Assembly: GCA_002633005.1 (NCBI GenBank)
Contig: NMRA01000102.1
Location: 271,830 to 335,829, forward strand
Length of the DNA stretch: 64,000 nt
Source: Phoronis australis
Taxonomy: Eukaryota > Animalia > Phoronida
Direction of reading: 5' to 3'
The position numbers and the translations under genes are program-made. The notes beneath the pieces were generated by a model that was not told the origin of the DNA, searched no databases, and saw only the letters and a program-made list of their open reading frames with translations. Positions 39,439 to 51,220 of the stretch are shown piece by piece; position 1 is the stretch's first letter, and the number at the start of each line of letters is the position of its first letter.

Positions 39439-40158
39439 TAAAAGTCAGTGCCGTAGGCGTAGAGAGATGCTGATTGAAGTAAGGAACCATTCACGGCATC
39501 AAAATTTGCCACTTTTTACCCCCTCTATCATCCCGCATAGTCATCAATTAGCCCCCCCCTCCTATGATTATGACGATTTTGTTTTTTGCATCTACAGCCA
39601 AATCTCCTTGAAACCCTTTGGAGGAACTTAGTGAACTTTGCAGACTACAAACATTAACAAGTGTCGAACTGAACCAAATACCACTGTGCTCTGTAGTGGC
39701 AAAATGTTTTTTACATTTCCCTCTGTATAATCGGAGTTCATGAATGCATTTTCATGAAATTTAGCAAAATATGTTTCTATTAAGGAGAGGAAAACGCCTT
39801 CCCATTCGCAGACAGACTTGATGTTTTTTGCGCCACCTGATGGCAACAGATGATGATTTTCAGACCAATCAGACTATAGCTATGCCCCATAGTGTCCATT
39901 GTGGTTTCACGTTTACCTCTATGTATTGGGAGTTTCTTGGCTTTTTTCATGAAATTCGGCAAATAGTTGTGTATTACAGATACAGCGCCTCCTTCCCAAT
40001 TCAGATGGGTTTCATGCATTCTGCTCCATTTAATGGTAATTTTTATGATACCAAAAATAGAAGCACACCATTTGCAGTGTTGTCATGGGCGCATTTCAAT
40101 GCACTGCGCAGCTCGTCAAAAAGTTGTGTTGTTATAATACAACTTCTGTCTGTTTCAG

Positions 40159-40259
40159 GACTCATGCCTACTCTCCGACCACCGGGTTGGGACGGTAAAC
40201 CCAAGTCACACATGAAAAGTCCATACAAGTGGAAAAAATACAATTGTTATTTTGAGTAG
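40159..40259 (+). CDS. MRPS18A: MRPS18A last exon (total 180 aa)
   Basis: tttcag|GA; GLMPTLRPPGW...KWKKYNCYFE then TAG; exon sum 543 nt in frame. Confidence 0.88.
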
Positions 40260-40862
40260 GACATTCCTTTAGTGCGTGGAGTGATAATAGAGACAGGACA
40301 TGCAGTTGCATGAAGTATACTGTGGAAATACTTGCATCAGGATGTGATGCCATGTGCTTTTATCAACATTAGCCAATGTAATTGAGTGCATTGAGTGGGG
40401 TGCTACTGAGCCCAAATGTGCAAATGCATTCTATTGATAGTGTGTGTTCCAAGTTACACAGTAGACACCAGCACAGATTCAGAAAGAGGTTCAAACCTTT
40501 TGCTTGCATTGTGGTGATAGATCCTAAATTGTTATTTTGGGAGTGGTCATAGTATGAAGATGAAGTGTAGTAAATGTTAATGGTGCTGTGTACACTTGTG
40601 CTTACAAATATAGCAATTGTCAGATATAATGTGCCCACATTTTGAGAACCAGTTTGATCCTGGCTATTCAGAGGAGAAAACTGGTTCTCAAAATGCGGGC
40701 GTGTTATATTCGACTGTTACCCACAAATATTGCAGCTGGCAACTCATTCAGAAATGAGATGGAAATTCACTTGTGATGCTTCTCAGGTACGGACTTGCGA
40801 AAAAGCTATTTTGCATTGTCTATATAGATTTGTGAATAGTGACTGCTGTGTCAAGCAGAGTG

Positions 40863-40886
40863 AATAAATGAGTACTACTTTTTATT
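40863..40886. terminator. Facing polyadenylation signals for MRPS18A (+) and RSPH9 (-)
   Basis: AATAAA at 40863-40868 and TTTATT at 40881-40886; the first canonical hexamer I could find after each stop codon. Confidence 0.5.
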
Positions 40887-41523
40887 TGTGGTTTTGAGTC
40901 AGTTCTTATGTTATTTAGGTTATAGATTAGCTGCTAGTCTGTTTCTCCTTACAGCAATAATCACATGCAGGGGTGACAGATTTTGAGAACCAGTTTGATG
41001 CCCATAGTTCATATAGGAAGAAACTGGTTCTCGAAATCTGTGTTCGCTGTAAGTGGTAGTCCTAAAGTCTCCTAGACTGAATCTTAGGCGAATGTGTTTT
41101 CCATTTATGCATGTGTCCAGACATTATAACATTCAGATAGGTTCATACCTTCAGACATTTAAAACAAATTATCCGGGCTCGGTTGCATAAAAGTTATATG
41201 CTGGTTAGCAACAAAGTTATACGCTGGTTAGCAACAACACCAGCATCAATCCGTCTCAATATCACACTGTCATTGTTTATATTTGACGTCATGCAACAAG
41301 CAAACTTATCCAGTGGATAAACTTTTATGTAACTCAGCCTAGTAGATGAAAAGCAGCTTACACAATGATAAAGTAATTTTGGTATATTTACATTATTTAT
41401 CAGATGTTGAACGTGGAAAGTAACATAGTTTTTTATCTAACACATTTAAATTGGAAATAGATGCAAAACGCTGTTTCCAAATACAAATCCAAAAGTCAGT
41501 CCATTCTGTAGTTTGACATATGT

Positions 41524-41684
41524 CTACAACATGAATGGCAAGTCCAAATTTTTCTCTCCGGTTCCGTCATAAACAGATCCAAACTTGCGTGTTCCTGGAA
41601 CGTGATAAAAGGTGAATCCCTGCCACAGTAAACTTCTCAAAGTCACCAGCCCACTACCTCGCTCAAATTGAATACTCCAAGAAC
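41524..41684 (-). CDS. RSPH9: RSPH9 exon 5 (total 277 aa)
   Basis: GSWSIQFERGSGLVTLRSLLWQGFTFYH...GTGEKNLDLPFML stop; RSPH9 C-terminus; exon sum 834 nt. Confidence 0.96.
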
Positions 41685-41960
41685 CTGAAAGACAAACCAT
41701 CAGTAATTTTGTCAAAAGACGATGTGTTAGTGATATGTCACAGTTTTAACTAGGACTTGCATTATTATGTTTAAAAAAACCCAATGTCTCGTGAATGAAT
41801 AACAACGAAAACCAGAATTAGGAAATGTACATTCACTGTTAATAAAATGGTTTATTTATAGCACCAGCGGGCTAGGAGCTGTTGTTTTTTCTTAATTTCA
41901 CATGTAAAGCATTGGAATTAACAATTTATGAAGTTTTTTATCAATGAGGCAGACGCTAAC

Positions 41961-42107
41961 CTTTTGGAATATCTTCTTCAATCACATCAAGAAAGTCTAT
42001 TGCTCTGTCCATGTTAGCCTTTTGTAGTAGTGACTTCTCTGGTAGCCACTTTGGCTCTCGGAAATGAAGGTATGAAGAAAACTTCCCACTGTCAGATACA
42101 CTCAATC
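41961..42107 (-). CDS. RSPH9: RSPH9 exon 4
   Basis: GLSVSDSGKFSSYLHFREP...DFLDVIEEDIPK; AG/GT boundaries. Confidence 0.95.
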
Positions 42108-42456
42108 CTGTAAAATATTAAAACATATCTGTGTTTTCAAAATAGCATAACTCATGACACACACAAAATAATTTAAATATTCAAAAACTGATCCACAAAG
42201 TATATACAAAAGTGTCTAAGTGTACATAAAAACATTTATAAATCAGAAATGGTCCTTAAGAAAAACAACTGACAAAGCACAAGCCAGTCATTTACAGTTT
42301 TGGGTCAATAGTTACTCCTTCCTATACACAAAATACAGAAAAAGTGAAACTATTAATTAACAAAGGTGTCGTATGTAATGCCGTGCTCACAACTTAAGAG
42401 TTTAAAATTCATAAAGAAGGAATGTTAGTGCCATAATGAAAATACCTCAAGCAGAC

Positions 42457-42641
42457 AACCTACCTTCAAACCTGCGGTTGGTAACCACCTGTCAACCTAC
42501 CTTCAAACCTGCGGTTGGTAACCACCTGTCAACCTACCTTCAAACCTGCAGTTGGTAACCACTTGTCAACCTACCTTCAAACCTGCGGTTGGTAACCACC
42601 TGTCAACCTACCTTCAAAGCTGCGGTTAGTAACCACCTGTC
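42457..42641. repeat. 37-bp tandem repeat x5 spanning the RSPH9 exon 3 donor
   Basis: AACCTACCTTCAAACCTGCGGTTGGTAACCACCTGTC starting at 42457, 42494, 42531, 42568, 42605. Confidence 0.95.
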
Positions 42642-42741
42642 CCAAGGCTGTCTTCATGTAGGCGCCTCTTGGTACAATACAAACATCCTCGTCAATTTCA
42701 GCAATGGCAGCTGACAGACGGTCCTCCTCTTTTATAGTTGT
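42612..42741 (-). CDS. RSPH9: RSPH9 exon 3
   Basis: TTIKEEDRLSAAIAEIDEDVCIVPRGAYMKTALGQVVTNRSFE; G|gtaggt. Confidence 0.95.
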
Positions 42742-43343
42742 CTGTTATCAAACAAGATGGAAATATTACAAAAATCTATCCTTTGAAATTTGGATGATCT
42801 TTCTAAAAGTCTCAACCATAGTTTTGTAAAATATGATGATTTTTTTCAGTCACTCCAAAAAGAATTTGAATTATTTACAAAATTCTGTGGGATCACCCTG
42901 TATTATTATGCCAATTGTGCCTTTAAGGCGATGATTACAGTGATGGGTGATGTTCAAGTTGAAAAATGTCTTAAATTATTTGAATTATGAACACTTGGAG
43001 CAGAGACTTGATGCTCTTTTATATACCTATGGGCTCATAACATAAAGATACAACTTATATGTATGTTTGTAATAATGTAGATAGTTTAACTGGGTTAGCC
43101 TACAGAAGCACAGCTCAAAAATACAAATTTTGATGAAGTGTAGGTGAATGTGTAAGTATAGGACATGCTAGCAAGTTAGCATTTACCATTTATTACCACT
43201 GGACAATAAAAATAAGCGACGTACACGGTGTCATCTGATCAGCAGATAAAATTACTATAGAAAATATTTTTCTGACACAATGCTCTGACTAGTGGTTTAA
43301 ATACTTTACTTTCAGCAGAAAAAAAAATAAACAACCAACATAC

Positions 43344-43512
43344 TGTCTCCTCCTCTTCCAAGACTTCTTCGTTGTCAGCCAAAGTCTTCTTAATCTCGAC
43401 GTGTTCAAACTCGTAAGATGGATCTCCTGTGAAGCGGCCTTTAGCAAGTTTTGATTCTTTCTTCATTTTTTCAGTGGCGGGTGGGAGCAAACCCCAACTG
43501 ACACAATCTTTG
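43344..43512 (-). CDS. RSPH9: RSPH9 exon 2
   Basis: SKDCVSWGLLPPATE...KGRFTGDPSYEFEH...EEET|gtatgt. Confidence 0.95.
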
Positions 43513-44087
43513 CTAGAAATAACAAAAAGTAAAATTCAGTGGTTAATGTTCTTCAGTTGAATCGAAACCGATCCTATCAACAAGGAACAAGGGCAATTTC
43601 TGGGGGATGAAATGTACCCTCAAAGATTAGCCATAAAAAATGAAGTTTTCAACAATTTTGTGAACAAATGAAAGTTGTAGTAGTGCAAAGACAAAAGTAA
43701 TGACTCTTTCACATATCCTAGATTTTGTTTTTAAGTCAAAGTCTCTATATTGACTCTATAGCTTCAACAAAATAACATATGAGTGAGTTTTTACCAATGC
43801 ACTTCATGATATTCTTAGTTTCAACTCGAGGCAATTCCTACATCACTTATTTCTAAGGTAAGTTTTTAAGTGAAGTGGTGTCTGCTCAGATTGGTGTTCA
43901 AGTGCTGAGACAAAGTCAAAGATGACTATGTATGAATCACAAATAGTGCATATTATTGTACATATCTTTCTCTTTTGCTTCAATGACCCCACTCTCTGAA
44001 ATAACATGTTTCACTAAATGAAAGTGCACCTACATATTTGCTACATGCCTACTAATGGTACTATGGTATTTTAGTCCCAGGGTTTAC

Positions 44088-44314
44088 CTGTATAAGGTTC
44101 TCTTGTCCATTAATTCGTCATTACCAATGCCCTGTGCGATGTGGTAGTCATCCTTTAGTCCTTTGATTCTGCCCCAGTACTTCACTTTTTTGAACTTGTA
44201 GTTTGCCTTGAGAATCGCTAGAGATGTTTGTAACGCAGCTTTTTGCTCCACAGACCGAAGAATACCAGAGCTTCCGACATAATCAACATTTAAATTAAAA
44301 CTTTCTCCGTCCAT
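44088..44314 (-). CDS. RSPH9: RSPH9 exon 1 (radial spoke head protein 9)
   Basis: MDGESFNLNVDYVGSSG...YWGRIKGLKDDYHIAQG...KRTLY, AG|gtaaac. Confidence 0.95.
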
Positions 44315-44896
44315 AATCGCTTTCAAAACGAATTTTACAAGACTTGTGATATTTTACCGACTTCCACTCTCAGTCTCCAACCAAATGTTGTTTGTGAAAA
44401 ATCACCAAGGCAATAAACGCATGCGCATTGATTTCTTTTCGATATCCGGCAATAGCTTTATCCAAAACGTTTCAAAAATGTAGCATAATACAATAAAAGG
44501 TAATTATTCTAAATTTAAAGTCTTTGAAAACTTTTAAAATGGTTTATATGATATAACATAAAATTATATGTTGTTATTTTGTATTTTTCCAAAGCATAAT
44601 CCTTTGATTTACGGAAGCGGCTTCCGGGAGATGTTTCATGGCGAAAGCGGGGTTGGTGCTACATATTTGTATTAATTAGTGGGTGAGAAGTTGGTGTTGT
44701 GGCCTGTCTTTCATCGTTTATTTTCAAACAAGAGCACCTGTTGTATTTATCTGATTATTACTGCCTCAGAACTTAATCAGAACTCATTGACTGTACTCAG
44801 TGGATAACCGGCTAATTCGATACTTTGATGCGACCACAGAGGGCGCCCTCGTCTACAGCTTACCAACGTATCCTGGATTAGTACGTGTACCGTACC
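44315..44896. promoter_or_regulatory. Candidate bidirectional promoter for RSPH9 and MRPL33-NUDT22
   Basis: 582 bp between divergent ATGs; NRF1-like CGCATGCGCA (44418-44427), inverted ETS-like pair CGGAAG/CTTCCGG (44612-44627), YY1-like CATGGCG (44637). Confidence 0.6.
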
Positions 44897-45091
44897 ATGT
44901 CTAAGGGTGGGAAAATTGTTATGGTTCTCTTAGAAAGTTTGGCAGGAACTGGCCATAAAGTTGTGAAACTGCGCCCTAAACTAGCTGATAAAATGGAAAT
45001 TGTTCGTTTTGATCCATGGGTCCAAGAAAGCGTTGTTTATAGAGAGGTAAAGAAAATAAGGACTATGAGAAACATTGGTAAACGTTATTGA
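44897..45091 (+). CDS. MRPL33: Mitochondrial ribosomal protein L33 (bL33m), single coding exon, 64 aa
   Basis: accATG; MSKGGKIVMVLLESLAGTGH...LADKMEIVRFDPWVQESVVYREVKKIR matches L33 motifs (S-x-AGTG, FDP). Confidence 0.92.
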   Translation: MSKGGKIVMVLLESLAGTGHKVVKLRPKLADKMEIVRFDPWVQESVVYREVKKIRTMRNIGKRY

Positions 45092-45195
45092 CAGACCAGA
45101 ACTTTAGGTACTAATCGAACAGTACAAAGAAATAGTTTGGGATTTGCTTGAAAGACACGGACATCTATAGGAAACTTTGTTTTGTGATATACACT

Positions 45196-45669
45196 ATGTG
45201 TTCCAATTACAACAATGAATTTGAAAACCCTTTGGGAAAATTGATCGGAAAAGAAGATGTCTGTGTTAGTGTCAGTGAACAGTTCAATCGCAAGCAAATA
45301 CGTGGAAATTTGGAAAGTGAAATTGAGATGGTGTGGCAAAACAGATTGATGGACAACCCTCGTCTGTTTAATGGAACCAAATTTCGATTGCATTCAGTGA
45401 GGAAAAGCGAAAGCAATAAGCTTAATCTGTGCATTGGTGTAACTTGTTACAAAGACTTCTTGGGCACAAACTACTCACCGCAAGCAAAGATGCTGCAAGA
45501 ACTTGGTATTGAGCAATTCCAAAATTCTCAAGCCTTCTTGTCTGAAGCTATCGGTGTAGGTGCCTTGTTGTTAACATCTGATGACCGAGTGGTGATAATC
45601 AAGCGAAGCAAGCATGTTGCTGAGGATGCTGGGAAATATGATCGACCTGGAGGTCATGCAGAACCGAGC
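45196..45669 (+). CDS. NUDT22: NUDT22 (UDP-glucose pyrophosphatase, Nudix) coding exon 1
   Basis: LFNGTKFRLHSV, GVTCYKDFLGTN, AEDAGKYDRPGGHAEPS|gtaagt. Confidence 0.92.
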
Positions 45670-46790
45670 GTAAGTTGAAACAGGGAAAAGTGGAGAGAGA
45701 TGATAATCCACTCTAGCTAAGTGTGACCAGTAAAGGGAAACTTGCTCACAGTAACTCGCATCCTTGTGCACTTACAGATTTTAATGTGCAAATATGGTAA
45801 AATTCAACCTATCTGAAATGACAAATGCACAAATTTTGAATCATCTAACGGTCAAGCTTTGTCCAAGTTATCGCGCCAATTTCAGAAAAAATAGCTGCCA
45901 AAATTGTGCACTTTTCCATTTTTCATAGGTTTCTAATCTTAACAGTGGATGTTTCCAATGGTCTGTTGATAGTTACCATGGTTACTTACAGAACTTGAAT
46001 ATGGCTGAGCACTATTTTGGTATAGTTACCATTATACCATATTGTTAGGTACAGAACTTGAATATGGTTAAGCACTATTTTGGTATATCATTTATGAAAA
46101 AAAGAGAAAATTAAATTTCACCTGTCTACCGTAATGTGTCCTAAATTTGTGAGATTTTATCATTAGCAAAGATCCACCTTTGCTAAAGTTTGAATTAGGT
46201 ACATGTCTGTATCCGTGGTTATTTTGGGAAAAAACAATTGGCTTTACACGTACATTCCCTGGTAGTTACTTACCGGTTTTTTTTTCACTGAATAATGAAC
46301 TTCAGAGTGGATTGCAAAATTTGGGCCCCCTTTAAGTGGCTATTGCCCAGTTTCTGACCAATCTGATGCACATCACATTAGGTCTTGATGCACTATCTTG
46401 AGTTCTGCCATATTGTAACGTAGTCTGGCCTTTGGATTTTGAAGTCAAGAGCCATGTTATTTGTTGTGTTCAATGACTTTAGTAGTTGGAAAGACCAGAT
46501 ATGGGGGGTTTGAATTGACTCCCAGCAATTGTTGCAAAAAATGACATGATTTGTAATTGTTTTCCATGAACAGGATACAAATTTAGCTTTTTCATATGTA
46601 TTTTCAAATATCACCCTGTTTTGAATTCTCATTGTGGTTGGTGTTTCTAATCACTGTGAACCAAAAGCCAGGAAACTGTTCTGAGACCTAGAAAAACTGA
46701 CATCAGAGTGAGCAACGGTGAACAAAATGAATTGGTGTTTGATTAATTTACTTTGCATGATGTTCAACTCACATGTAATGTCATTTACAG

Positions 46791-46996
46791 GTACTAGTCG
46801 GAGATCAGCCTCTTGACCAAATAAACGTTGAACAGTTGTCACCGACAGCAGTAAGGGATGAGCTGTTTAACTCAATAGTTTGTGAAGTTCGGGATGAAGT
46901 GAACATCCCAGAGACAGTAGTGTCTGATCCCCTGCTACTGGGTGTCTACCGTAACCCTGCAAGTGCTGGCAGACCTGGTCTGGAGTTCCTTGTCCG
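46791..46996 (+). CDS. NUDT22: NUDT22 exon 2
   Basis: ttacag|GTA; ELFNSIVCEVRDEVNIP...PLLLGVYRNPASAGRPGLEFLV, CG|gtgaga. Confidence 0.92.
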
Positions 46997-47403
46997 GTGA
47001 GAAATTAGTCACATTTTGCATTCGTTCAGTACATCTTCACCTATTTTGCATGCTTATAGGTCAGTTATTGTAATTACCATATAAAAAATGATATTGCACT
47101 TTTCAATTGAGTGTAGCATAGAAGTTAGGTATGTTAGTGTTTGTGAAATGAAAATTACAAATTTGGAAGTTATGTGAAAAAAGCTGAAAAGTTATGGAAA
47201 GGGTGTGGTGAGGAGACCCAAGCCCCTTGTTGTTCACACTGTCAATATAAGACTTCACTCAAATGTGATTATATAAGTATTAGTTGTTATGGGTTAGATA
47301 TTTTACATTGCGAGTCTTCCTTGTTTGACGTTAAGATGAAAACTGACTTGTGTAATTTTTATTTAAAACAGAATTGGCTTGTTTTGCCTGGTGTCCTTCA
47401 ATA

Positions 47404-49919
47404 CAGGGCTCGACATAACTAGCTGCAGGTCGTATTTGCTACCTGAAGTTTGAAAATGCGAGCTGAGATTTTTGCCAGCGACCTGGCATTTCCAACGTAT
47501 GCGAGCTGAGTTTTCACACTTCTTGGCAGATGTCTGGCAAATATAAAGCAATTCGTGTGAATCCGACCGTTATTTGGTTGTTGCCAAATCAAGTTCAAAA
47601 GAACACTAACTGAGAACAGCCCTCCTCATGACTTGTCAACATATTGCACAAACATGGGATAATGCAGAATCGATCTTTGACGCGTTTTATTGTCTAACAC
47701 TTTTGGCTACATATACAAATTTCCGGATGCGCCGAAGAAAATTTTGGACCACGGCTTAACACGTGATTTAATGTCACAAAACAGCGGTGTTTCTACTAAT
47801 TCTTAAAGGATCAACATATTACGTTTTCAGATAAGATCCCCTTATTATCAAATATCTATGACGATATCCCTGATATTGCGCTGCGACGCTGGTCTATCCC
47901 GTTGTGAGCGTGCAAGGCGTCCCGTGGCAGACGATTGTGACTTGGAAATGTGCATCTCAGCGTCTCGCTTTTTTATCGGAAAAGTCTGCAAAAATAAAAA
48001 TAACCACCCTATTTAATCGTCAAACAAGAGCCACGTCTTTCTACTTTCAGCTAAGTAGCTTTGAGTCGCCAAGAAATTCTCATACCATTTACCTGTTTTT
48101 AAGGCTACGTTCGCGACATATGAGCCATCTGTCACTTGTTGTTACTGACGTAAACTGCAGGCTTACTCCAGCAATTCAAGACCGTGAACTCAAGCGTGCG
48201 CACCACTCCAAAGCTGCATAACAAAACACAACAGCAACAGTCCTAAATGAAAGAGTATACCGGCTTGGCTCTTTTAAGTGCCCGGGTGACAGTGGTTTAC
48301 TTGACAATGAACTTAAAGTTCCCGGCAGTTATAAAATAGCCGATGCTTTACGATATTCCTGGGGAAGGATGTAGCTCAGAACTGATATTTTCCTGTTCCG
48401 ATGTTGCCCAGGTCAATGCTCACTAGGTCCAAAGTTCTATGCCTGTAATCAGCTATTCGGCAACTAAATGGGAAAAAGTGAAATTTTGGTTCGCGAACTT
48501 TTTAGTCTTCTCTTTTTACATCCCCCCGTCAAGTTTTTGCTCCCCAGACCACGCAGTAAAATTAATTTTCAGACTCCAATAGAAAGAATCTTGATCTGGC
48601 TAAAGTGGGCAATTACAAACAAAATTATTGCGGGTGGCTAAAAAGGATACAGTGTAGGTGGTAATGATAGCCAGAAAGTCACCCCTACTAGATGGAGTTT
48701 GCCACGTAATAATAACATTTCTTTCCATTGCAGTCTCTCAATATTAACACTCAGATTAATGATTCTGCCCACCCATGTGCCTACTCCCTACCTTTGAAGT
48801 GTTTCATAATAAGCGCTCACTGATCTACTAAGCGTACCCCTCAACTTTTGAGAATTTCCTATTAAGCGCCCACAGTTCAGGCTAGCGCCCATCATATCGC
48901 ACTACAAACAACGGTGCATGGTTTGAAATTGACACGCAGCTGATTGTGAGCCACAACAACAAATTTAATTTTCAAAAAACGTCCTTTCTCAATTATGTAA
49001 AAACTAAACCCCGACATTGTTTTTTGCCTCCGAAAGAAAGTTACCACTGGTGGCATGCGTGTCATTTGTGACTGACCTATTTTTCCGTACATGGAAGGTG
49101 TTGAGGAGCTAACTTGGATTATGCGATGAAAATCTGCACGGAGTCTGGAATTATTTCGAGGCTTTTCATTTCACGAAAATTAAGTGTTGAGTATGTAAAC
49201 AGCATAGGTACCACACTTTTGTGAAATTTGCACTGAATTGTACTCGCACATCTGAATCTGTCATTGGGCTAGGATAACGTTTCACAGATTTTTTTCGACA
49301 AGTGGCGAGTTAAGTTGAAAAGTTTGGGCTACAAACATAAAAATGGAGAGAGTTTGCACTCAGAGTTAGATTGGATCTTTTACGACTTTGATGGCTGTCA
49401 TATATCAGGTCAGACCTAGCAAAATCGCGGATACTTTTTCAACAAGTATTTTCTCCCTTTTCACATTGGAAACTTGGTTATTTGAATGCTCCTGTCGGTT
49501 AGAGAGCACTGATTCAACTTTCATTTCGGCAACTAGCTTTGCACTCTGGAGCCTTTCAATAGCTGTCGTAAAGAATAGTAACACCGTACCTGTATATAAC
49601 AACCGAATTTTTGACCTGAAATTTGTGAGTATTTAACGCAGCATGTAAGACCATCATCTAAACATAAATTTCTTGATGATCTAAAAAAAATCGATTTTGG
49701 CACGTAAAAATGGCGGGAAAGTATTTAACGTTGCATGTAAGACCATCATCTAAACATAAATTTCTCGATGATCTAAAAAATCAATTTTGGCGCGTAAAAA
49801 TAGCGGGAATTTTTTGCGACCTGGCATTTATGAATGCGAGCTGGATTTTGAAAATGTAACCTGGGATTTTAACTATGTCGCAAAATGCAACCTGGTGATT
49901 TTCATGACGTCAAGCCCTG
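47404..49919 (+). mobile_element. ~2.5-kb non-coding CAGGG-TIR element, copy 2 (both ends present)
   Basis: CAGGGCTCGAC...GTCAAGCCCTG; homologous to copies 1 and 3; no TSD recognised. Confidence 0.8.
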
Positions 49920-50796
49920 CAGTTCTAATGACGTTACTACCTATGCATGTTTGAACAGCCTAAAATTATTTCAGCTCCACATGTTTTTTGCATATTTACA
50001 TTGTAGATACGTTTATTGTTTTGATAGTCACATGTTAAGCAAGTGAAAATAATACACAAGGCGAAATCAGATTTGCCATAAATTATTGCGGTAAATTGGT
50101 TTCTCACCGCGACATTGCTGACAACTCGAAAAGCAGAAACCGCTCTTTATGTTTCGGAGGAACGAAAATTGTAATTGCAGGTCACAGGTGCTCGAATTTG
50201 CTGATGACGTAACCATATATAAGAAACGTTTTCTTAGTTGTGACATCAGTGGCAATCAAGGAACAGATATATTCAAGCGCCTGTGCCTGGGATAGCGTGG
50301 TTTATCAATGGTGTCTGCATTTGTTATAAAATCGCGGTGACAAATAGTACGATTCTGCAGTCAAAAATGCATGGAGCATAGAGTAGACTGAATATTTTGT
50401 TGAAAAAGTGGATAAAAGAAACTGTCAATGTCTTCACAAACCAAGGTTTGTGCTCTGTAAACTTTGTGAGAGGAACAATAACGGAGTGCGTGGCCCAGTC
50501 GCCTTGGACTAAGTTGGGAGTCAGAGGGCTGACTGAAAACGATGAAACACTAGAAATAACAAGGTTTCCTGAAAGGAAATTCAACCGTAACCAGTTATTC
50601 ATTGGATTGGAATCATGGGATGTGAGTGATGTGTGAAATTCTTTTGTTTGATCCCGCATGCACGCCCGTTGCTGTTGGCTGCTAGACCTGACCGCCTGAG
50701 TGCGATTTTCTACGTGCCGCCGAAACGGGATACAAAGTGCTATTTTCGTTACTGCAAACCCAGATTATGTCGTGAAAGCACATAATACAGTTTGAA

Positions 50797-50985
50797 CTTT
50801 GGTTGAGGAGTGTCCCCTCTGAGTACCCAACCTGCTCTTTGGTTGAGGAGTGTCCCCCCTGAATACCCAATCTGCTTTTTAGTTGAGTGTCCCCCTGAAT
50901 ACCCATCCTGCTCTTTGGTTGAGGAGTGTCCCCCCTGAATACCCAATCTGCTTTTTAGTTGAGTGTCCCCCTGAATACCCAACCT
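50797..50985. repeat. ~35-40-bp minisatellite x5
   Basis: TTGAG(GAG)TGTCCCCCTGAATACCCA units. Confidence 0.85.
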
Positions 50986-51039
50986 GTGCTTCAAGCTAAT
51001 GCTAGTTCTGTGATTTATTTTCTGTCTAATATGTTTCAG

Positions 51040-51220
51040 GTGTAGCCTGACATCTCAGCAAGTGTTTGAGCTCTACAGCAAAGGAACTCAAGTGGAGGCA
51101 GATGAATCAACGGCCATCAAATTCTTGAGTCTCTTGGAGTTGAAAAGTGACTTTCAATCAGATAAAATGACTAACAGCTTGAAGTCTGTGCTGGAGTACT
51201 ACATGACATTAAAGGCTTAA
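51040..51220 (+). CDS. NUDT22: NUDT22 last exon (total 286 aa)
   Basis: tttcag|G; RCSLTSQQVFELYSKGTQVEADESTAIKF...TAA; exon sum 861 nt. Confidence 0.9.

Noticed and set aside
45148-45195. TTG start for NUDT22 suggested by the ORF track
   Set aside because: ATG 45196 aligns with the recalled human N-terminus; a non-ATG start is unnecessary
45089-45196. Stop-codon readthrough or selenocysteine fusion of MRPL33 to NUDT22
   Set aside because: Different frames; the MRPL33 frame meets another TGA about 20 codons later
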